A DNA stretch of 64,000 nucleotides from Phallusia mammillata. Its lineage: Eukaryota. The stretch spans positions 15,996,001 to 16,060,000 of the forward strand of contig OZ281494.1 in the NCBI GenBank assembly GCA_965637545.1, written 5' to 3'. The stretch's first letter is position 1. Each line of letters begins with the position of its first letter. Under the pieces are notes generated by a model, which saw nothing but the letters and a program-made list of their open reading frames with translations, searched no databases and was not told the DNA's origin. A program made the translations under genes and the position numbers. Positions 11,615 to 23,600 of this stretch are shown one piece after another.

Positions 11615-14600
11615 TCACGAAAGCGCCGCGTGCTTGTGGTGACGTCTTTTGCACGTCTTGCAACAAAACTTGGTATAGTGACGACACATTTTCGCTTTTA
11701 CCACTAGTCTGCAGTTGGCATAACGCGGGTAATCGCTACATTGCTTTGATGATGACGTCACCAATGACGTCACTTTCCTGAAGGGTGGCGACGTGGTTGT
11801 CGCGGTAGTAAATGGAGCTGAAAGTACGTTAAAAGTGGTTAGTATCAAGTAATATGTTGTGTTTATTTATGTTTATTACCGGGATGAACACTGAGTTGGG
11901 CAGAAGCGGAGATAACTTTGCCGCTGGAGGCGCTAGCGATGCAAGTGTAGCGACCAGAGTCCGACGCACGTGATCGGCTAAATCGGAGCTCGCCCCATGG
12001 TTTAACGGAGTGATGGATACCTTAAAGAGATTTTCTCATTAGTCAACATTTTTGAATTTTGTCGAAATGCTTTACCATGTGAAAATGATTTGACTTTGTT
12101 CTTACACTTCGTATTGGGAGTTAAAACCATTAGAAAACGCTAACTATTTGTAAAGCAATCAATTAACTATAACATTGGTCACTTACTCCTAGCTAAAGGT
12201 CTTCCGTTCTTGTACCACTTGATTGTCGCTTTTCCTTTTACTCGACATCGAAGCTTAGCGTAGTTTCCTGACGTCACATTGACATCAGTCGGACGCGTGC
12301 GGAATTGTATTGGTGGTTCTATAATAAGGCAAACAAGTTTACCAACCTACTCTTAACCTTGCACAAATACAGCATTTCTGATCAACGGTAGTTTATGTGC
12401 GTTTCTCACCTGTAACGGTCAGTCTTACTGCCCTTCTTCGGGAAGTCCCCACACCGTTACTTGCAACACATATATACCGTCCTGCATCACCAGTTTCAAC
12501 CGATGTGAGAATCAGAGCCAGGTCGTTATCGCTGATAATTTTAATTCTGCAAAACATTTCTTTGTATTGACCCCAAAGTACAAGTTACTTTGACCCCAAA
12601 GTACAAGTTACCAAGTTACTTTCAATAGTTAATATCTGCATCACGAGACATAATACGCATGGTTTGTTACCTTGAGGTTTTAACTGCTTTTCCGTCTTTA
12701 AACCACTTGACCGTAGGTTTTGGGTGACCTATCGCAGGACATGGAAGCCGAGCAGAGCTTCCACGGGAAACGAGCACCGAAACACGGCCGGATCGAAATC
12801 GAACAGTTCCTGTGCGTTAAATATGGTAAGTCGTGTGCCATTCAGTTTTTGATGTAAAACTCACGTGGACACCCAAGGTTTCTTGGTCCCTTTGCAGATA
12901 TTATTCCGTCCGGGCAGCAACCGTATGTGGAAGCAATGCATGGTGAGGTAGAACGCTGATTTTTCCAAGCATGGTCACCTGTCAAACGAAAACCTTAAAT
13001 AGGGATTCCTATGCGGTAGGAAAACAAGCCTTAGGGTTTGCACTTCTGGACTATCGTTGCCCTGATCTCTGACCAGTAGACAAGAGAGAGATTTAACCAA
13101 TTACCTTAATAACGATACTATGAAACTTTTAGTAGGTATTGGTAAAGAAACCTACAATTAACCATTCCGCGCGATCCGCTAATTTCCTCTCCAGTCGACG
13201 GGTTCACACACCAACACGTTGACGTCACGTCTGTTTCGTCACTGACACATTGGCGAGTCAAGTATTCGCCGGTAGTTGGGTGACATTGGGGTGGACGACG
13301 ACCATCGAACAGCGCCAGCACGCGACTGCGTTGGCATTTTGATTTCTCTAAAGTTTGTGAAGAATCGGGTGACACAAAGTTGCTGGTGTATGATGACTCA
13401 CGTGACTTACCCGTCACTCTCGGTCGACCGTCACAGGTCGTTTCACATGCTTCACGTGACCTGAAATTATTGTCATTTCCCGCGCAGCCGCCGTAGTCAA
13501 ACTTCTTGCAAGTGCTGTCCAGTATGTCGAAAAACCAGCGGCGGTAACGCCCATAACACGGACCAATCACGTGCGGTTGCGTACAGAGGGCGGGTCTGAC
13601 TGCATTAGGGCTCCCTCGAGTGACAGTCGAAACTCTTGTGGATAATAAAAACGCCTGTTTTCGGTTGGTATTCAAACGCCTGACCTCCGGTATAGGATGG
13701 AATGCGACTGTAGAATGTATAACAGGTGTTGTCGTAGCTAAAGTTGTGGTTGTAGTTGGAATCTGTGTGGTAGTTGTTATGGTTGTTGCTGTTTCTGTGG
13801 CTATGGCTGTGGTTGTCGCAGCAGTTATTGCTTGGTTACTTTCCTCCGAGCTTGAATCTAATTAGGTAGGTAAAAGGATTTATTACGGTTTACGGTTTAG
13901 GTAAATGGGTTTTTCGATTTTCGATGATAAAATGTTTGATAGGTTGGTACGTTTTCATTGTGTACTAAAATTCGATATGTTGATTTTTGGCTTTACCTGG
14001 TAACCGTCCCAGTTTACATGATGCGTGGCATTTTTCTTCTGTGGCGTATCTATTGCGATTTCCTCCACAGCCTCCATACCAGAAATGTTCGCATTGCGAC
14101 GTGGTGTGGTTATAAAACCAGCGCGAGATCCACTGATCGCAGTAACTTCCATGCTCCGGATCAACGAAACACAAATCTAGAAGTATTTCTGAGTTATAGT
14201 TGATTCACGAAAGATGAAGATTACTTTGTTTGTAGACACAAATCTGGTGCAGAGCTACAAGTCGGGCCGTGTTCGGGATTCAAGTTTAATAAAATGGGCC
14301 TGACTTCAAACTAAATCAGATTTGTGTCGAAGATTTACCTCAAAAAAATCTCACTATCGGACCTAATTTAGGCTTTATTTCAACAAAATTTTTCAGATTT
14401 CAGACCCGTTGTGTGGAAAAAGATAGGCGTTTATATTTGCTAAAGGAAATGCCAATCTATTGGTATTAGTTTCCTTCGTTTCAGCCTGTTTATTAACAAA
14501 ATATACGCCAATACGTAAGCAATACCAACACTTACCGTGTTCTCTGCATCCTTGCTTGCGGGAACCAGTTGCAGTTTTTCCATCGAAACAACACCCGTAC

Positions 14601-17600
14601 TCAGCTGATTCACAAGGTGGCGATGTAGGTCCAATGTTTGTTCTAAAAATAAACTTCATGAAATTGTATGGAAGTTTGTGTTGGTTCGATGGCTAGATCG
14701 TTGTGGTAAGACTAGAGCTTAATTTTGTGTCAGAATGGACATGTGCCTAGGCACACCTTTGCAGGATTTGTGCGTGTCTAAACTTTTTATTTAAACATGT
14801 ACTTTAGGAACCAAATATGGATCAGTTTGTAATGCTTGTGATAAAATATAATACATCTGTATCGTATCATTAACTCATCTTGATTACATGTTTGTCAGGT
14901 AAAATTTTTTTGCGACTATACATGAATATGTAAAAATATATTTTACCTGGCGTCTGTACAACCTTTTCCGTTGGGTCCCCGGGCTGACGTTATGTTGTCC
15001 CCACAACAGCCGTAACGGGATGTACGACAGTCGTCATCACCCGTATTGGCATCATTTTTAACAACAGCACGATCAACTAGGATGACATCGTCTGCAGCTG
15101 TAAATAACCAGGGACCGTATAAAAAACATAAGACATCATTAGCATTGTTTGCTTACCGTGTAACGGACATGGGTTAACACTGCAAATTTCTTCGTGTACC
15201 GGTTTCTCCTCCTTGCTGCAGTCTTTCTCCTCAAGCGGACTGAAAGTGCTTTCCGACAAGCACATCACGTGACGAGTTCGCACTCCACCGCCGCAAGTGG
15301 ACGAACATTCGCTCCAGGGACCTAGTTATAATGTAAGTTGTGGGCTTAACTTCAGTCATATATTGTGTGAAAAAAAGGGGCTTAGACTTGCCTGTAAACC
15401 AGGTAGCCTGACAACTCGGCCTTGTGCAGTTCTTCATGTGCGGAGGTTTTCCAAGTTCGTCTGCCTCTGAGCAATGGTTATCGGGAAAAACCCGGAAGGT
15501 GTTTCCCCGCTGTAGTGCGCACACCACTTTGCGGGTTTGCATACCGACACCACACGCAGCGGAACACTATAAAATATTAGTATCACCAGAAGCCTTGCTT
15601 TCATTAGGTTATCAAATACGTTTTTTTGAAAAAAGAGGTACATGTTTACTGGTGTTTTTTACATTGGGTCACATATTTGCTAAACTGCTACGAAAATATG
15701 ATCCTAACTGCTTGTTTATGCTAACTGCTTGTTAAATTTAGTTTTGTACGTTTTCAAATCACCCAACCTGACTCCACTCGGCCGCCATCCAGTGAAGAGT
15801 TTCAGGGCATCCCCTTGACACGGTGCAGGATCGATGGTGACCAGGTTTATTTTGATCCGCACACAAACGATCGTCGTACATCGCCCCATCTCCATCCACA
15901 CAATGGATAAGTCGAGTTTGCATTCCTACGCCACAGTCTTCAGTACACTACGATACAAACCAAAAGCTATGACCACCAAACGTTCGGATGATATCCACAG
16001 AATCCTCTGTATATCATTGGGAACTTTTTTAAGGGTTAAGAACCAGTAAATCTTACCTCACTCCACTCACTGACGACCCATTGCAAACCAGTACAAGGTC
16101 CCAAATCACATGTCATTACTCTATCCGGCATCGATCCTGATCTGCATGACTGCACAGGTTCGCACGTGACTTCGCGAGTCATTTGACCGGGTCCGCATGA
16201 AGTCGAACACTGGGTTTAAGTACCAAGCTTAGTGTCACTCAAAAAGAAAGTATTATTATTATTAAATAATACGTACCTCTGACCAATTTCCCACCTCCCA
16301 GCCTGGGCAAGGGAGCACGTTACAGCTTTCTTGGTTGTCAGGCAACGGATTCGGGTCCTCTTCGTTGCAGCGATCCATGCGAACAAGTCGTGGGGCGCTT
16401 AAGATGTAAAGAATCTTAGTAGATGTATTGGCTTTGAGTACAGACGCTTATGGCTTATAAACAGTATTCGGTACCTGTTGGATAAAGGTGGTGTTTCCGT
16501 ACAGTAGACCTGTCTATACCTTATGCCACCGTTGCAAGTTGCCGAACATGTGGTCCAATTGCCTGCCTTCCATCTGTTCATACACACACATAGTTTAATG
16601 CGTAACTGAAAACACCTAAAACCATATGGCATTATGACTAATTCTAAACTCTTAATGACATGTTTAGAAGATAAGGTATGCCGAGATACCAACTGACTAC
16701 AATGTCCGGATTTCTTGAACTAAGTTTATGTAAGCTGTATGGCATTGTACGGTTAATTTACATGAACATATTATTCCAGCAAGTCGACGTCAATAGACTC
16801 GTCGGAAATCATTTATTAGATTGGATTTAGTTTATATTTAACACCTTGCTTTGCACGGTTCCTCGTTGCACGTTTTTCGTCGAGCTGGTCGTTGCGAAGA
16901 TTTGCATAAGAACGGCGACGTTTCTTCCTCGCCCTTGTAACACCGCAATCGACGCATTTGCGTACCTAAACAATTTTTTTGTGTAAATACAAATACACCA
17001 ATATGAATAATTCCTACCATCTAAATTCCACCATTCAGATGTTTATAACCCTTATGTTACACCATGAGAGAAGTGTACTGCTTTCCCAATAATTTTGATA
17101 AATTATTACGTGATTCATAGCAGCTGTATTTATTATTGACAGTGCAGCCAACTGATAACGATCAAATCAGGTGTATTGTTTCAGACGAGCGATAAAACGA
17201 ATTTCCAAGAAAAACTAATCCAAAGAGTAAGGGCAAGCTAAAATTGCTGTTGCCAAAGTTAACACCTGCGAGCAGGCCGTTAAATAAGACATTTCAATCA
17301 CCGGACTGCTACAGCCGGTTATATCACATGAACCATCCGCACGCTTTAGCGGTTTGGAGCAAGTCCAGTATTACAAGTTTAACGTCGACAGATTTATTAC
17401 GAGACAATAAGGTCGTGCGACCGCAACGATGCCTTTAATATGCCGCGGTAAACCGCAGTGGGAGTCAACAGTCAGCTTTAGGTGTTGATGGACGGGGGGT
17501 AATTACTTGTTGTCGCCACAGTTAAAAACAGGCTAGGTTCCAAGGTAATGAAGTAAGCGTTTGAAACGGCATATGGCGTGCCGCTTGCCATAAGCGTTTT

Positions 17601-20600
17601 CTGTTTCACAAGATAAATGTATCTAAATTACTGTGGTCGACAGTTTAATAATATTTTTCTGTGATATCTGAAACAAAAAGGCAACCACTGTGTTTTATGC
17701 AACGATGTGAAACTATAATAGGGGGCATCTTGACTCGAAAACCGAAATCTTAATCGATGCCTCCCTCACTTTCCTGTTCAATTTAATATTTGCGTCCGCG
17801 GGTAAAAATAAACGATTGATTGATTGATAATAGAGTACAACTTAGCATTGTGTTTGCCAACAAGAAAATAATGTGTTCCACTCACTCGAAACAGATTTAT
17901 AAGAGCTAGTATGCAGTTGTTGAAAGCAAAACTTTCATAATGTGCTAAATATTAGTTGAAAATACATTCGCCATTAGTTTTTGACCTAGCGCGTTGAAAA
18001 CAAAGCGCAGTTTATTTCAGCTAAAGTTAGGATAGTTTACAAGCAAATTTATATTACCTCCACCGCAGTCCCTTGAGCATTCGCTCCACTCATCTGCTTT
18101 CCACATGTACTGACCGTGGTTGGGATCATTCGTGCCTTTCGGTAGATAGAAGCTGTATCTGATGCCTTTGTTTTTTCCCTGCACCACTAACTGTAAAATG
18201 CAGCATCAAGACTACTTAGGTTAATCGACAATCTTGTCTTACCTTTTAACATTCTTCGAAAACCTTTAAAACAGCACAAAGATTTCAATGCTAAGTTTAA
18301 ACAGTGAGATACAATTTTACAAATTCCTACATTTGTTTTTTCTTTTATTGTATTTCTATGACATAATGATAGATATTCTACTAACATCGATGTAGATGGT
18401 TTCCGTGGTGGGTCCCAGCGCTGTAATGCTCTCTGGCGCCCTGTGTCGGTCAAGTTTCCTCTGGTATCGAAATGTTGTTCCTGCCACATTTAATGCCCGA
18501 GAGCGGTCGATCTTCCAATTTCCGTTAAGAACGTAATTTTTTGATGAATCCCGCATCGCTAGAGCACATAAATAAGTTCAAATTGGTTATTTACTGAGGT
18601 CTAAAAACCAAAAACCAATTAAAATTGGCGATCATCAGTTTTATTAAATTGCATTAGTTTGAATATATGATTGAACAAACCTTTACACCGTATGTTATAC
18701 ACTGGCTTAATGCTAAGTGTTACATGTGAATGCTGGACTTGCACAATGCTATTTAGACCAATTTTACTTACTAGTACTTTATGCATAGCATATGACGCTT
18801 ACAATGTGTCCTAATCACAATCGTTGTGGATATTTGCTTACCAAGGTAGTTTCTTGACGCCACGTATTCCCGGACTTCAATGTTGGTAGCCCCAGGGGGA
18901 ATCACCAAAATATCTGTGTACCCTGTACAAGCAAAACAGTAAATCAAATAAAATCCTTGGTTCAAACAAATTCATTGAATTCATGGATACGGAATATACA
19001 TTTTGCCTGAATGATATCAGAAGTTTCATATATTCTTGCAAAATGTTTTATGTTGTCACAAAAATAGTGATACACAAAATCCATTCACGTTTCAAAACGC
19101 GCAATTTTGAATCGTAGATTTAGTTCGGGGTACGTTTGCCACTTAAAAACAATGCTGATATTTACACAAGGTAACTAAGACAGTTTGTGCTAGTTTAATT
19201 TAGCCCTTCTTCGACATTTAATAACAAAAAGTTTGCAAATATTCGGTATCCACATTAGACAACACACTTTAAAGGAATTACAAAATAAACGCCGTTGAAA
19301 CACGTCATAAGGTAATTTTGGTGAAATAATATAATCGGCGAATAAAGTGAAAAAAGAAAAACATTCTAGCCCTATATAACATAACGTTTGGTTTATCAAA
19401 GTTCAATTTAACACAGCCGTCAAGTGCTCAAGTCAAAAGCCGCAGATTTGGCGGAAAAAATCCAAAAGCCAGGAGCCGAGTCGAAAACAACCATTAAACC
19501 ACAAAAATGCTCGTAAAAATTCTCATCCTCCACTCAGCTCGACAGCAATAGCAGTGAAGCCGATCGGGATTCGCGTGGCCCATTGTTTATTTTAGACGTC
19601 ATAAACGATAGTTTCGAGAGCTGGCATCGAGACGCGTGAGGCTGTTGATTTAATCTCGCTCCATTCACTTTGGAAAACGTAAACTATTCGGACTTGGGTC
19701 ACGTCGGATTTAAAGGGGGGAAAACGAAAACTAGAAAGGGATTTATGGGTGACTGTACCATGCGCTTTGTTTGTTTATTTTCAAATATCGACATAGGAAA
19801 ACAAGCTTAAGAAAATTTGCATAATATATGTATACATATCAAAAGCTCCCAACCATTTTCACAAACTCAACGAGTCGCGAAGCCCATGTTGTTCATATAC
19901 TTTTATCACTACATAAACTTTTCAAACATCTGTTAAGTAATAACGCAGTTTATTTATGGGGTGCGACATTTTTCACTTTACTTCGAAAAGCGGTAGACTT
20001 TTCTTCTTAGCATAAAAACTTTCGAGGTTTAAGTGCACTTGTGTTTATATAAATAATCCGTATTGGGTCCACATATTTCTGTTGAAGTGTGATAAATAGT
20101 GTTAAGTAAGTTTTTTTTACTCGAGATACAATGCCAAGTGCACCCTTGTAAAGTCGTCGGCATACCAGTTGAAAAGGTCGTTTAACATAAACTACCCTAT
20201 TTGTAGTGTGTATGCCAATGGTCGAAAAATAATGCTTCGATGCGCATGTAAACGCCTAGCGGGTCCAAAATTTACGTTACAAATACCCATACAAAAATTC
20301 TTAAGCGCAGGCCTAGATCATGGTCTGTGGTTTATATTTTCATTTTAATGATCGTGACATTATGATTGGAAGCGAACTGCCCTTAGCACCCTTTCAAACA
20401 AAGAGAAATATAAAACTTCTTACTATCCCGTGAGAACACTACAAGCACTAGGCAATTGACGGTCTTAAAACAGAAATTACATCACAACAGATACAGTAGA
20501 TAAGCGCAGTTAACGTGTTTTGTTAAGATTCGCATTTAAATGATAATTACATCTGTATTAACGTTTTTTCTATCACGAGGCGCATAAACTTATCAAAAAA

Positions 20601-23600
20601 CGCTCGTAGGCTACTTAATTTTGGCATGTATGGATGCAGTAGACCTATGCAAAACAACTATGTGTGTTTGTAAAGCAACAAGAAAATCTGTGTCCAGGCA
20701 CCAACAAAACATAGTTGGGTGCAGTAATCCGACAAATGTATCGAAATTACATATTTCTTCGCTTGGTATGTTTAAATATTTAACATTTGTACTAGAACTT
20801 AGCAAACAAATTTGCAAATACAACTTTACCAGCAATTTGTCGCATTCATATTTCACCTGCGAGGTGATATGCTCAACACAAATCACGAAAAAAACAAAAA
20901 AGCAACTGAGATATGAGCGAATTAATTTAGTAGCGGTAGACGTATTAAACCTATTTTTGTCTCTCGTTGTTTTATAAATCTCTGATGGGTTTAATCCACG
21001 AAAAAATTTACATATTTTTTCTCAGTTATTAGGCTTATACAACCTATGTTGTCATACGCCACTTACCTATTGGCAATTTAGGAGCAGCAAAGATATTGGT
21101 CACGTGGTAACAGGAGGAGCCGTCGCCTCCACAATCCCTGCATTGATCTTCCTCAAGCCCAGATCCTAGCATCATATCACATCCCACCTCCTAAGGATAG
21201 ACAAACAAAATGTATCAGAAACATTATGTGTATAGTAATAGAGTATCTTTTAAGGTACTTTATGTTCACTTGTAACAAACTATACATTTGCATTTTTGTT
21301 TTAGGAAATAATGCACTAATCCAAACGTTTCAGTGAAGCAGTCATACAGCTGTTAAAACTTTCATTCTAAATTTGGGCAGAATTTGCGTACCAACTATTT
21401 TGCTAGCACGCGTCAGCGGTCGTTTATGAACCGTTTGTGTTCATTATCACCTGAAATCATTCAGCGACAAACAGAGGTTCACCACAAAAACATCAATCAT
21501 CACCAACCCCTTTGCTTTCGCGAGTGCAGCTTTTCACAAAACAAACACTGGCCCGACGCCTGCCGCAGCTTAAGGTCAATGACCGTGAAAACGAACTGAC
21601 CTGAAGTGACCTATGACCAGAGTTCAAATGCCTTGACCAAGATTAGACACAAGTAGCACAAGCGAATCGGTATGGGACGCCAATTTGTTTCATAACGACA
21701 GTCTGACCTCTCTATTGACAATATGGTATTTTTTGCCCAAAATGTAACACAAATCTACACAAAGCAGAAGGTATAAACATAAAGGCTCGATGTGTATATG
21801 ATTGTATGGTAGTAGTTTCATTTCACTTTTAAGTCGCAATGTTGTTGATTTTCAAAACGTCACGTGATAAGTTTCCTGACGCCTGTCAGGTGATATAAGA
21901 TCTTAAATCTGGCGTCCAATTGACCTGCTATAATTTAATTATGTGTGGTGGCAGGTGTCCCAAGACCTCACAAAGAAAATAAATACAAGGACGAGGTAGT
22001 GGGGAGGGAGGTCTAAACACGCGCCGACGTAACGGCTTGTTTATACCAAATCAGATTAGCCGTAGTTAGAGTAGAAACCCAAGTCACAATAGGAATATCA
22101 TGTTCAGTTCTGTTTTCCCGGGCTGGGGTTTAAATTTTACACGCTAATTTCTGACGGATTGTGTAGCATGTGAAGAAAAAGGAAATACCCCAATATGCTG
22201 ACAAAATGAAGGAACTGTGCACTTAAAAAAACTTTTTCAGCCGGTTGTGTAGGAAGCTTTTGCGCAAGATACGGACGGATCTCTAATTTGGTATATGACT
22301 AATGGTGCAAATTTGTTAAAAAGTGAATTTTAATGTAAAACTTTGGCTTTATGTCTTCAAAGGTGAACGGTTCTAAAGTTGAGACCAACAGTTGATTAAA
22401 TCCACAGTTGCTAGTCTTAATTGATGGCTGCTAGATACACCTGGAATGTCTACACCAGAAGGACGTAATTGGCCATAAAATTGTGCTTGGAGCATCAATA
22501 CACGACTAAAACAAATTCCACAGTAAACCGCAGAAAACCATCGGCGTTGCAGTCAGCGCAAGCAGCGATCCCATATTTGGCAACGGCGCGTGCGTAACAC
22601 GCAGCGCCACCAACGTTGTAGTCACCCGAGCATTGAGTTTGTTTCTACAGTAATAGGTACTTTCATTTACGTTGCCCAAGCTGTTGCTTAGCGTTTAAGC
22701 CAATGGCAACTTATTAAACAGCAAGTAATTGGCTGCGGTTAAGCAACCGTTTAGGTGTCGGCTGACCAGATAACGGACAGGTTGGGAGTGCTTGTGGTGG
22801 AACGAGAGGTAATTGGGTGATTCAAACTGGAATACAATCACAAACACATTTGTGAACTTATCATCACAGACGATGTCCTTATACTTTTATGGATGTTGCA
22901 CTGAATCAGTTGCTGCATATCATCGTTAAACCGTCTGTCAAGTTGACACTAATGGGCCAATGGTTATTAGTATCATCCAACTCTTTTTGTAAATGACTCA
23001 TACGTCAGAGGACTTAGATTAGATGCTATACAGACAAGACCAATTTGCTCGACTTCCATCTAAATCGCGTTAATTGTGTGATTAAATTATTATCAACAGT
23101 TCACAATTAAGGAACCATTCTTTTTAGAAAAGAGAACTCTGTGTGTAAACCATTTTCCTCATCAGATGTCACTCTACTTGTCAATCAAAAGTTTCGAATT
23201 GGCAAAAAGTGTGAGCGGGCGTGTCACATGACACTCACGTCACAAAGAAACGTCGAAATCGAGAAGCTTCCTGTTAGGTGGGTGGCGACAAAAGGTGATT
23301 TCGTTGATTAAACAAGACAAACATATCGAATTAAACGAGACTGTCTGCCGACCAGGAACTACAGGAGCAGACAGGAAGGACTGTGACGCGACGTCATCGA
23401 TAATGAGGTCATGAATGACATTGGTGTCGCGTGGTGACAGTTTTGAGGTCGTATATTCTTCACTTATTGCTTAAATATTAATGAGTCAGCCGTACTTGCA
23501 AAACTTGTTTTCCTTAGATCGTGCAAATTCAAGTTCGTTCGATTTTAGAATTGTTTTTCGGTGCAATGTTCAACATCACTTTGCTTATGTCAAATTTTTG

